NCBI GenBank assembly: GCA_044892525.1
Contig: CM097885.1
Coordinates: 51,524,001 to 51,588,000 of the forward strand
From: Schmidtea polychroa
Lineage: Eukaryota
DNA length: 64,000 nucleotides
Reading direction: 5' to 3'
In this document: piece after piece, positions 26,448 to 38,070 of the stretch
How the letters are laid out: the number at the start of each line of letters is the position of its first letter
Numbering within the stretch: the first letter of the stretch is position 1
Program-made: the position numbers and the translations under genes
The notes under the pieces: generated by a model
Told to the model about the DNA's origin: nothing
What the model saw: only the letters and a program-made list of their open reading frames with translations
The model's database searches: none

Positions 26448-28241
26448 TTAATGAGATGATTGTTGCTGCTTGCCGTCAATAAGATGCGAAATTCACGGAA
26501 CAATCTTAGACAATGCTAAGCGCATGTCATGCCTGGCATCCAATCGATTTCTGGTTTTCGGCTTTACATTGACCAATGTTGAAAATGCAGATTCGCAGAG
26601 GTATGTTGTTGCAAATGGTATCAAAGCTGAAAGAGCTTTATTTGCCAAAACCGGATAAGAATCTATTTGTGAGCACCAAAATTCATCAAGATTTTGGTTG
26701 ATAAATTTTTGCCTGACCATAGCCTTGCTCTGTAAATCAATGTTGCATGTTGCATCAATTTTGCATGTCAGCATCATCCATGGAGTCTAAATTAAATATG
26801 AAGGGATTTCGAATCCACTGATCAATTTTCAAATTGTCTTCTACAAAGTAGTTATCAAAAGAATTCATGAGATTATCCAAATGTATTAAAATATCAGTTC
26901 GAATCCAATCTGGCACCGCTTTTAATAAATATTCTGCACAGAAAATTTTTTCTAGAGATGGGAAATTTGCATAATTACCTTTTGATACGCGGTTCTTCGA
27001 AAGAGCTAGTTTTTGCTTGAAGGCTGTAATCTTCTCATTTGCATCTAAAATAGTAACTTCTGATCCTTGAAGGGAAATATTTAGATCATTTAAATATGGA
27101 AATACATCTGCAAGATAGGCCAATGATGCAGTAAAATTGTGAGTTTCAAACTCTCCACACAATTTATTTTCTTTCTCTCGAAGAAATGTTATTATCTCCA
27201 TTTTGAGTTCCAGGACACGAGTGAAAACTCGTCCACGTGAAATCCAGCGTACATCAGTGTGATAAAGCAGCATTTCATGAGAAGCTCCAACTTCTTGGCA
27301 TAATATTTTGAAGAGTCTGTGATTCAAAGCTCGAGATCGGATGAAATTTACAGCTTGGACAGTGATATCCATGGCAGACTTGAGTCTTTGTGGAAGAGTT
27401 CGTGATGCCAATGCATGGCGATGTAAAAAACAATGCAGAACCATAACATATGGAGCCATCGCTCGTACCAATGCTCCAAAACCAGAATTTTTCCCTAGCA
27501 TGGAAGGTGCACCATCAGTACATATGAATCTTAACTTTTCCTTCCAATCAAGTTTATTTTCTGAAAAAAAATCATCAATTATCTGGTACACATCAGTCGC
27601 TTTTGTAGTAGCTAATATCGGATGGCAGAACAAAAACTCTTCTTTAATACCAGTTTCGGTGGTATATCTAACAAAGGTCAAAAGTTGACCTCACTGAGCT
27701 ACATCAGTACTTTCATCCAGTTGCAGACCAAAAGGAAGAGTTGTTTTCTTCAGTTCTGACATAAGTTGATCCAAAATATCAGATGACATTTCCACAATTC
27801 GACTTCTTATCACGTCATTTGAAAGAGGTACTGCCGCGATCTGATTTCTCTGTGGCTTTCCGAAAACAGCTTCTACCATTTCAAGAGCACAAGGCTTGAC
27901 CAACGTTTCACCGATGGTATGAGACTTTTTGTTCTTTGCGATAAGATATGCTACTTTATAACTAGCTGCAACAAGTGGCTTTTGATTAATTCCAAAACCT
28001 AACTTGGTTAAAGTTCCTGATGACAGAAATCGAGCTTTTTTCTGCTTGAGAGATTCAAGTGAGTCTCCAGAATTATTTGAATGCATTTTGTAAAATGTTC
28101 AAGGAGTTTAGAAGGCCTCATATCATCATTGCAGAGAATTTTTGAGCATAGAAAGCATTGGGGTTTTTCGATTTTATCACGAACACAGCATGTAAATCCA
28201 AATTTCACATAATCCTCACTATATTTCCTTTTTTTCGACAT
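26448..28241 (-). pseudogene. hAT Buster-type transposase with frameshifts and a stop
   Basis: MSKKRKYSEDYVKFGFT..PQCFLC, GLQLDESTDVAQ, ICTDGAPSM, HCFLHRHALA, YHTDVRWISRG, FATTYLCESAFS, ending QSSH*. Confidence 0.92.
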
Positions 28242-28828
28242 ATTTCTTTTTTATTATTAGCGGTAACGAAATAATTAAAACAAGTTAAAAGAAATGCAAC
28301 TATCAGCAGCCAATATAAACTTTACTAAACTTGAATATAAAAATGTATATAATTTTGAATTTTTTCAAAGGCTACTTGATTTCAAAAGAAACATAATTAA
28401 TTAGAAATAGTTATGTACAAAAATAGAGAAATGCTAACATATTTAGCAAAAAAGTAATCGTTCAAATTTTATTTTGTATAATATAAATATGTACATAATA
28501 AATAAAACAAGTTTAAATTTTGAAGAATTTTTTTAAATTATTTTTTTTGTAAATAATTTTAATTTTTAATTTAAAAAAAACATAACAAAAATAAACAAAA
28601 TCTCATACCTCCCCTATCAAATTAGTATACCTCACGAAGGGAGGTATACCTCACCGGTTAAGAAACCCTGTTGTAAGAAGTTAATTCTCGTTGACCTTGA
28701 AAGGATAATGATATATTGTAATTTCCTTTATTACAATTTATATACATGATAGTTTCAGTCATCAGTGAATTGAATCAATCCCTCAACAGAGTGAGATTCA
28801 AAATAAACCTTAAGTTCTTTTCAATATT

Positions 28829-29065
28829 CCTAAAGTAAACAGAGGATCCATGACTCAAATGATGTTGGGGACATTTATTGCACCAAAGATGTATGTTGAA
28901 ATTCAAGCAGTTCTTTCTTTGTACTCTTCAGGTCGTTCCTCGGGTATCATTCTATATGATCCGGGTATGATCCTATATCTCACAGTATGTCAATTTATGG
29001 AAGTTATGTGTTACCTCATGCTATTTCTATATTTAATTTAGCTGGAAGAGACTTAACTGATAATA
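28829..29065 (+). pseudogene. Actin pseudogene fragment, copy 1
   Basis: [41 protein letters not shown](fs)[28 protein letters not shown] matches actin [48 protein letters not shown]. Confidence 0.9.
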
Positions 29066-30078
29066 TTTGTAAAGATTTATATAGAAACACAGCCTTATAA
29101 ATTGATTCAACAAGTATCCTGGTTTTGTTGTTCGAATGCATATGTTAACTTTGTATGAGAATTATATGAGAATCAAACACCTTGGTCGAACTACATCATT
29201 GCCAGATCAGCTTGATTTTTTTGATAAATGTCAGAATTTAGTTGAGCTAAACGGGACAACTTCCACTGGTATTAAAGAGAGAAGGATGTTGTACAAACTT
29301 TGGCGTTCTGAAAAATAAATTAGAAGGATTTAGCTATGATTATGGACATGACTCACATGTACTTTGCCGGGTTCTTTTTTGGAGGATGAAAACAATGAAA
29401 GATGAACAGAGATAAAGATGAAAACATATGTAAAACTGCATGTAAATCCAAATTTCACATAATCCTCACTATATTTCCTTTTTTTCGACATATTTCTTTT
29501 TTATTATTAGCGGTAACGAAATAATTAAAACAAGTTAAAAGAAATGCAACTATCAGCAGCCAATATAAACTTTACTAAACTTGAATATAAAAATGTATAT
29601 AATTTTGAATTTTTTCAAAGGCTACTTGATTTCAAAAGAAACATAATTAATTAGAAATAGTTATGTACAAAAATAGAGAAATGCTAACATATTTAGCAAA
29701 AAAGTAATCGTTCAAATTTTATTTTGTATAATATAAATATGTACATAATAAATAAAACAAGTTTAAATTTTGAAGAATTTTTTTAAATTATTTTTTTTGT
29801 AAATAATTTTAATTTTTAATTTAAAAAAAACATAACAAAAATAAACAAAATCTCATACCTCCCCTATCAAATTAGTATACCTCACGAAGGGAGGTATACC
29901 TCACCGGTTAAGAAACCCTGTTGTAAGAAGTTAATTCTCGTTGACCTTGAAAGGATAATGATATATTGTAATTTCCTTTATTACAATTTATATACATGAT
30001 AGTTTCAGTCATCAGTGAATTGAATCAATCCCTCAACAGAGTGAGATTCAAAATAAACCTTAAGTTCTTTTCAATATT

Positions 30079-30315
30079 CCTAAAGTAAACAGAGGATCCA
30101 TGACTCAAATGATGTTGGGGACATTTATTGCACCAAAGATGTATGTTGAAATTCAAGCAGTTCTTTCTTTGTACTCTTCAGGTCGTTCCTCGGGTATCAT
30201 TCTATATGATCCGGGTATGATCCTATATCTCACAGTATGTCAATTTATGGAAGTTATGTGTTACCTCATGCTATTTCTATATTTAATTTAGCTGGAAGAG
30301 ACTTAACTGATAATA
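30079..30315 (+). pseudogene. Actin pseudogene fragment, copy 2
   Basis: Same sequence as copy 1, offset by 1,250 bp. Confidence 0.9.
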
Positions 30316-31170
30316 TTTGTAAAGATTTATATAGAAACACAGCCTTATAAATTGATTCAACAAGTATCCTGGTTTTGTTGTTCGAATGCATATGTTAACT
30401 TTGTATGAGAATTATATGAGAATCAAACACCTTGGTCGAACTACATCATTGCCAGATCAGCTTGATTTTTTTGATAAATGTCAGAATTTAGTTGAGCTAA
30501 ACGGGACAACTTCCACTGGTATTAAAGAGAGAAGGATGTTGTACAAACTTTGGCGTTCTGAAAAATAAATTAGAAGGATTTAGCTATGATTATGGACATG
30601 ACTCACATGTACTTTGCCGGGTTCTTTTTTGGAGGATGAAAACAATGAAAGATGAACAGAGATAAAGATGAAAACATATGTAAAACTGCATGTAAATCCA
30701 AATTTCACATAATCCTCACTATATTTCCTTTTTTTCGACATATTTCTTTTTTATTATTAGCGGTAACGAAATAATTAAAACAAGTTAAAAGAAATGCAAC
30801 TATCAGCAGCCAATATAAACTTTACTAAACTTGAATAAAAAAATGTATATAATTTTGAATTTTTTCAAAGGCTACTTGATTTCAAAAGAAACATAATTAA
30901 TTAGAAATAGTTATGTACAAAAATAGAGAAATGCTAACATATTTAGCAAAAAAGTAATCGTTCAAATTTTATTTTGTATAATATAAATATGTACATAATA
31001 AATAAAACAAGTTTAAATTTTGAAGAATTTTTTTAAATTATTTTTTTTGTAAATAATTTTAATTTTTAATTTAAAAAAAACATAGCAAAAATAAACAAAA
31101 TCTCATACCTCCCCTATCACATTAGTATACCTCACCAAGGGAGGTATACCTCACCGGTTAAGAAACCCTG

Positions 31171-34100
31171 TTCTAAATGATGGTTTTGATGAATATGTAA
31201 TTAATTTTTCCGCGGAATTACATAGTCGTAAATTTAATCTCTTCTTAAGGTTTTCAACGGATTTACCGTACAAGCTATTATTATACAATTTGAATAAATC
31301 TCTGTACAGTTCACTGCTTGCTTCAGCTCTTAGCTGTGTATTTTTATTTATATAATTTTTAAAAATCGGTGCTTGCTTGAATTTTATAGCCCTATGGATA
31401 TGTACAACTTTGGCACCAAGTGACAAATAAAGCTTGAGAAGCCTCCAATGAAGAACATGGTTCTTCTTTGGCCAATGCGTGAGCATCAACTTCTCAACTT
31501 TCGAACCAGGCGGGCACATTTTCTCAGGAGCAAGAGGAAAGTCATTTAAAAAATCATGAAAAATTTCTGGAATATCTATATCCACTTCTATGGTATAACC
31601 ATAGGGAAGGATTTCAATGTCAGCATTCATGCACTCAAGCAATACATCATTCAATCCATCATACACCCAAGTGAAATCAGCAAAAGGAAGATTTTGGCTA
31701 AGAGCTCAACCATACAGATTATTTATATCAACATATAATAATTCTGTATTATCAGAAGCAGCAACGTAATGTTTGTTAACAAATATTGTCCCACCACGTA
31801 TTCCTCCTTCGTAAAAATTGAACATTTCCATGTCCTGTAAAAGTTCTATAGGCTCAGTTAATTTCATAAGCGCTGAGGCCCATGACATACCCGGAATACC
31901 ATAAAAGTTTAGAGGTTCTAGACCATTGTATGCAATGGCCTTGGCACGGAATTGTTGGAAATAGTCCGCAAGGAGGAATACATCCAAGTTAACATATAGT
32001 CAGCCAATTTAGTACAACGTTGTTGAGTCCAAATAAGTTGAGCCTTAGCATACTCATCTTCAGTAACACCAAACCAAATAGGAAGCAATTCATAAGTGGT
32101 TTCAAGTACATCCAAATCAGTCGCATAATCATAAGGAAATATGGCTTGAGCATCTATTATTAGCCTATCAAAAACCGACGAAGTCAAAGGAAGATCAGTT
32201 AGAGTTTTTACAGCCTTAGCCAAAGAACAATTAACAAATTGCATGCTGTCGATAAAACGAACAGCTAATTTTTTAATGTGAACAATCATCGAGATAAATT
32301 TCTCTGTGCTTGTGGGTATTATATCCAAATTCCAAGAAGGAAAGCCATTGAGACCATATTTTAAAATATGGTGTAAGTCGTAGCCTCGTAAATTATGAAA
32401 TACAATCGGCAACTGTTTATAAATTCTGCGAGCCATATTACATTTCCTACAGGCTGCACCGAGATAATTACCAGTAAAATGGTCATGATCTCGAACAGCA
32501 AGGGATAAAACCTTCTTGCAAAGATAGCAGTTCCTACAAGATTTGAATTGTCGTTCCTCAGCAAAAGTCATAGGTCCTAACCGTTTTTCCCTTCAAGCTC
32601 ATAATAAGGTACGACAATTGTGACAGCAATTTGCTCTACTTTTTTAAGAAAATGAGGTATACAATCAAGACCATAAAATTCGTAATACGATTTTCTATTG
32701 TTAAGATTATTTATTAATAAAAGACCTGCTGAAATAGGTAAATGTATTTGATGATGTTTAACATCTTTAGGTAAAACCGATTCAAAATCGGCATAAATAA
32801 CAAAGAGTGGGGTGATTCTCTTTGAATGATTTTGAAACTCTAAATATTTATTTTCGGGTAAAGTGTAAAGGGTTGTACCCGTTTGATTTTTACTGCATAG
32901 GGCCACATGTTTAGTGAAAGCATTGTCTATTCGAAAACCGTTAAGACAATGTTGGCACCATTTGCATCTTATTTGAATACTACAGTCATTATTACGATGG
33001 CAGTTCATTAAACGTGTAATGTTGGTCACTGCGGTGTATTGATAATTATCCTTATTTTCCAAGAGTAATAAATAAATTGGAGTACCGACAGTAACCGTTG
33101 ATCTGTGAATTATACTTAAGTGGGGGTGTTTAAAAACATAGTCATTAGGAACCTGATCATCATCAACTATCACAGTAGGGGTATAAGCCAGAACATTTAT
33201 GGCGAGATTTAAGTCTAAATTTTTCTTTTCGAATTTAGGTATATTACACAATTTCATCGGACAATCCGTGACTTCATTGTAATTAAGAATATTTAAAAGA
33301 TTTTCATATTTTGAAACTCTTTCAGGGTGGCTACCTATTTCATCTTTTTTCAAGAGCGCGAGAATACTATAAAGAAAACACTTATGATCCTTATTTTTAA
33401 CATTTATAATTGCTCCTTTAGATTTCAAATCTGCAGGTGTACGAATGTAACTATGACCAGATAGGCGGCAAATAGGAGCAAATTTAGTCAGAATGAAATC
33501 AATCTCTAAGATATTAATTACTCTCCAGCTACTACCTAAATAGGTAAGCTTTTCAATTTTTTCGTTTAACTTATTAAGCCCCTCAATTAAAAAGTTATCC
33601 GAAAAGATCTCGGCTTTATTTGAAAAGTAGTTGTCACGGATTTCCCCATCTTTTTCAAATCTTATAAGAATAGCGAATTGAATTTTGACGCTACCCATGT
33701 TATTTATTTCAGATGTTAACTTTTCAGTGATCCTATCCGTTATTATAATTTTAATTAATTGTGAATCGGCAATATCAAATCGAATAGTTCGAATGGTTCG
33801 AAATTTGATTCTATTATCGGCTCAATCGCTAAAGATGATCCACCTATTTGATTTATAGTATTTATAGTATTAATATTATCATTTATAATATCATGATTTA
33901 TAGTATATGTAATATTATTACATTCGTCATCACTGAGTAGAATGACTTCATTTTTAATAATTTCGTCGTCACTGATCTCAATGACTTCAATTTTTTTTGT
34001 TATTATTTATAATATTTACAATTTCAATGTTATTCTTATTTATTATTTTAAACAGTTCTTTTTTATTTGTTTTGAAAGAATTTAAGTGCTGAGAATGTTG

Positions 34101-34286
34101 ACTATAAAATTCCTTATACCTTACACTCTGAGAAGTTTTGCATATAGGGCAAATAAAAAAGTTGATGCCATTAAAAGGTTTAAGATAATATTTCTTCATA
34201 TTTTTGTGGCATATCAAATTATGACTGATTGACGATACACAGTATCGTGGGTATAATCGACCTGATAAATTATAAATATATATCAA
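31171..34286 (-). pseudogene. Polinton protein-primed DNA polymerase B, N-terminal and central part, frameshifted
   Basis: Contains the INVKNKDHKCF region, exo I YADFES, EndoVII-like CYLC..VRDHDHFTG..AACRKCN, exo II FHNLRGYD, motif A YVDINNLYG and motif B KLYNNSLYGK. ORF 33987-34286 probably joins via frameshifts (..EVIEISDDE..QIGGS..); that join is inferred. Confidence 0.9.
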
Positions 34287-34419
34287 ATATATTTATAAAT
34301 TAATGAAAAAATATTAATCATAAAAAGTGTATTCATAATGTAATTTTATTGTAGAGTTATTGCAATGTTTTTATTCAATATTATTTTCATGTATTTATTG
34401 ATATTTATGTGTGGCATTT

Positions 34420-34708
34420 ATTTTTCTATTTTAAACATTAATTTATCATGACTCCCATTTCGATAGTTAGTTTGAATATCTGAATAAACAAACAATTTGT
34501 TTTTGATATTTTTATATTTAATTATTTTGGGTACTTACTTTATAATTATATATCTGACAGTAATATGACAATTATAAGTAACAATTATATATAATAATAA
34601 TAATAATAATAAATTTGTGCTAATATCGATAAATTTATTTTGGACAAAGTTCGTTATTTTCTCTATTTGATTCTCATCGTTTCGTTTCTAATTTCATGTC
34701 AAAAACTT

Positions 34709-34783
<75 letters not shown>

Positions 34784-35239
34784 CATTGTCACTTATATTT
34801 TTCATATTACTGTCAGATATATAATTGTAAAGTAAGTACCCAAAATAATTAAATATAAAAATATCAAATACAAATTGTTTGTTTATTTCGATATTCAAAC
34901 TAACTATCGAAATGGGATTCATGATAAATTAATGTTTAAAATAGAAAAATAATAATAATAATATTAATACTAAGTTTTTGATATGAAATTAAAAACAAAA
35001 CGATGAGAATCAAATAGAGAAAATAACGAACTTTGTACAAAATAAATATATCGATATTAGAACAAATTCAATAATATTTACCAATTAAATTCAATTATGA
35101 TTATGATTATTATGATTATCCTATGTAAATAATTTGTTTACAAATATCGATAAATTTATTTTGGACAAAGTTCGTTATTTTCTCTATTGATTCTCAACGT
35201 TTCACTTTTAATTTATTATCAAAAACTTAGTATTATGAA

Positions 35240-35240
<1 letters not shown>
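34420..35240. repeat. Modular inverted/direct repeat A-B-A'-B'-B separated by (TAA)n tracts
   Basis: A (about 34420-34590) is inverted at about 34780-34950. B (about 34612-34712) is inverted at about 34965-35068 and direct at about 35131-35235. Confidence 0.8.
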
Positions 35241-35329
<89 letters not shown>

Positions 35330-35503
35330 AAATATCAAATACGGTTTCAATGTATGTATGAGAATATTGATTGTTGAAAATTTAAATTGTTTCAATAAAA
35401 TGGAGATTATTAAATTAAATTTTGACTTGTTGGATTGAAACTATATAATAACTATATTATTATTATTATTATTATGATTATTATGATTATTATTATGATT
35501 ATT

Positions 35504-35589
<86 letters not shown>

Positions 35590-35761
35590 CATTATTATTA
35601 TTATGATCAGAAGACAATAGCTGCATGCTGACTGCAAACTATATGACGATAGAAAAAAAAAATTATCATAAATATTTATATACTGTATATTTTATATACA
35701 TACTTATATACATCATATACTGACATTATAGTATTAATATTTATTTATATACATTTAAAGC

Positions 35762-36208
35762 TTATAAAATAAACTTAAAAATAAACTTTATAAAAAATAT
35801 ACTTAAAAATAAATTAATACTAACAAGTATCCTCCAAATCTGTTTTCTCCCCAATAGAAACGGGGCATCATTTTCTGTATCAATAATAATTTATTAAATA
35901 ATTTAATAAATAAATAAATAAATTTACCTAAAACATCGTCCTCAATAATAATAATTGAAGCATCGTCATCATCTTCAATTGTTATTGGTTCTAAGACAAT
36001 AATAATATTAATAACTCAAATTTAAAAAATTCACCGAAAATATGTTCCAAATCCAACAGTTCTTCATTTTCAGACACATCATACCAATCTAAATTATCTG
36101 AAAATAAATAATTAGAAATATTAATATTAATAATAATAATAAATTACCATTGCTGTTCGTTAAGAGGGCACGTAAAATATTACTGGAATTGTTCATCGAA
36201 TTGTTCAT
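35762..36208 (-). CDS. Predicted spliced small acidic protein (about 99 aa, 4 coding exons), function unknown
   Basis: Exons 36208-36148, 36097-36035, 35990-35928 and 35874-35762 are joined by GT-AG introns of 50, 44 and 53 nt, all phase 1. They give an open frame MNNSMNNSSNILRALLTNSNDNLDWYDVSENEELLDLEHIFEPITIEDDDDASIIIIEDDVLENDAPFLLGRKQIWRIL... The 3' end is uncertain. Confidence 0.6.
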
Positions 36209-36467
36209 TTTTGGTTTTTGATTTTTCAGAGACAACTTTACGAACTTATATAAATAATAAGTTTATATAAACCTGTAAAATTGACATTTTAAACAAATAT
36301 TTATTCTAATTACTTGCGAATCCGGTCAGTCTTAGAATAAAGTACAATTAAATTTATTATTATTATTACCATTACAATTACTATTAATCATGTACGGATC
36401 ATGCACCGTGCATGACTGAATTTTTTAATATTCTAATAATATAAAACATATTTAAAAATAATAAAAC

Positions 36468-36499
<32 letters not shown>

Positions 36500-36505
<6 letters not shown>

Positions 36506-36678
36506 GTATCATTCAAATCTAAATATTCTGTTTGAGAACCATTGATGTAAAATTCTACATCATTTCTACTATCGGTAATTGAATTCATAGGAAAAACTTC
36601 CTCAAATGCACCAAATTCTATTACAGCCTGGGGCGATGGTCTATCAAATATACATAATTCAGATTTACCACAAATCAT
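36500..36678 (-). pseudogene. Polinton major capsid protein (PY) N-terminal stub, truncated at a (TAA)n tract
   Basis: KSELCIFDRPSPQAVIE..EEVFPMNSIT...VEFYINGSQTEYLDLNDTLL resembles the Maverick MCP N-terminus. Confidence 0.75.
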
Positions 36679-37010
36679 TTTGCAAATATAGTTCCATGTC
36701 CTTTCATTCGTTTGTTTATACGTGATATTCCATGTCTTTTACGTTTTGGAGCTGGAGCTGGAGGCGTATCTTTTTGAAACATACCTGCAACCCCTGGTAA
36801 AACTTTCCCTAATTCAGCTAAAGCATTTGTTTTTAGAGATGGTAATATTTTCTGTTCATTCATAATAACATCTTTTGCAGTTTTCATACCAAAACTACCA
36901 ATACGTTTAAGAATAGGCAATGCAAATCTACCAATTGTTCTCAACCATCCCGATCCGTACTGTTTACCAATAAAATATGGTAATTCACTAATAATATCAG
37001 AATTAGCCAT
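36675..37010 (-). CDS. Small basic Polinton virion/core-type protein (QxGxG motif + amphipathic helix + KRKR NLS)
   Basis: FIGKQYGSGWLRTIGRFALPILKRIG..PKRKRH; it lies between mCP and MCP with overlapping start/stop codons. Confidence 0.65.
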   Translation of the reverse strand: MANSDIISELPYFIGKQYGSGWLRTIGRFALPILKRIGSFGMKTAKDVIMNEQKILPSLKTNALAELGKVLPGVAGMFQKDTPPAPAPKRKRHGISRINKRMKGHGTIFAK

Positions 37011-38070
37011 CTACTTTACGAAAATGTAATGTCAAATGAGTTTTTGAGTCTTTTGGAAAGTTTATAAGTTTTCCACTATCATCACGAATATTTATTTCTA
37101 TATTGTTTATACATGAACTTGCTATTGGTAAATACATGGGATTATCGATATTTATATTGACAACTTCATCATGTTCATATTTTCCAATCCATACCGATTT
37201 CAAAAGAGGAACACTGGAATCACCAACAATTATGGGTTCGATAATGTTAGTATATATGAACATTTGTTGATGATGTTCTAGTATTCTTGGTTTGCGTATA
37301 CCAGTCGATTTTTCTCTATATTTTTGCTTATCTAAACCAAGTGAATTTGCCAAATTTTTATCAAATGTAACTTCGCAAATATCCTCATTCAAACTGAAGG
37401 TAAACATCAAATCTTTCACAATTTCCAAATTTTTAAATATGTGTGAACAATTGAACTTTAAATATTTAAGTAATACATCAAGTTTATCAAAATATAATTC
37501 ATCAGCAAAGGTGAATGATTCTTCAACTTCATCATTATACGACACAGATATTTTGATTTCTTTTTTCACTATACTGTTCGCTTCAAATAGATTAAAACGT
37601 AATAAATACTCGGTCTCCGTAACAATATTTTTCAACTTATTGTAACCCATTCGTTTGGCATCTTCAGTAGTTTCGAATGTTATTGTAAATGGTTTAAAAT
37701 CACAACTGATATTTAATCCATCCTTGTAAAATATATAGCAATGCGAATCTAATATTTGGTTCGGAATATGATATGTTTTATCATAATTACTGATAATAAA
37801 TATACCGCTACATGTTTTCACAATATTTCTTTTGAAATCAATCTTACATTGACTATAAAATGGGAATGTGTTGTACACGAATGTAAAATCTTGCAGTGCA
37901 ACTTCCCAGTCACCATTTAAAGAAATCGGATTCTGGAGATTGACCATGAATTTACTGGCTTGATTGTCTGGATGAATTAATGGGCAACTATTGCTCAGCA
38001 AAATAGTATAAAAATTCACTTTACTAGGTCCTTTTCTGATATCCATGACGGGTTTTGATAACCATGCCAT
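37003..38070 (-). CDS. Polinton minor capsid protein (PX/penton), open
   Basis: N-terminal [36 protein letters not shown] and C-terminal [39 protein letters not shown]. The real start is probably an internal Met. Confidence 0.85.
   Translation of the reverse strand: MAWLSKPVMDIRKGPSKVNFYTILLSNSCPLIHPDNQASKFMVNLQNPISLNGDWEVALQDFTFVYNTFPFYSQCKIDFKRNIVKTCSGIFIISNYDKTYHIPNQILDSHCYIFYKDGLNISCDFKPFTITFETTEDAKRMGYNKLKNIVTETEYLLRFNLFEANSIVKKEIKISVSYNDEVEESFTFADELYFDKLDVLLKYLKFNCSHIFKNLEIVKDLMFTFSLNEDICEVTFDKNLANSLGLDKQKYREKSTGIRKPRILEHHQQMFIYTNIIEPIIVGDSSVPLLKSVWIGKYEHDEVVNINIDNPMYLPIASSCINNIEINIRDDSGKLINFPKDSKTHLTLHFRKVDG

Larger units (their letters stand above)
26111..31170 (-). mobile_element. 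Buster/Charlie (ZBED5/SCAND3-like) hAT transposon with a triplicated end, inserted in pPolB
   Basis: TIRs caggggttcttaacc / ggttaagaaaccctg (14/15). Perfect TSD TTCTAAAT (26103-26110, 31171-31178). Confidence 0.92.
28188..31170. repeat. 1,250-bp tandem repeat (hAT end + foreign flank), 2.4 copies
   Basis: Units start at 28188, 29438 and 30688. The hAT TIR recurs at 28670, 29920 and 31170. Confidence 0.95.

Noticed and set aside
27341..27688. Antisense ORFs over transposon genes (also 22874, 23612, 37292, 54534, 55178, 55273)
   Set aside because: They are shadow frames opposite recognisable coding sequence.
29136..29318. 60-aa ORF in the captured flank (copy at 30386-30568)
   Set aside because: It is short, has no motif I recognise and does not continue the actin sequence.
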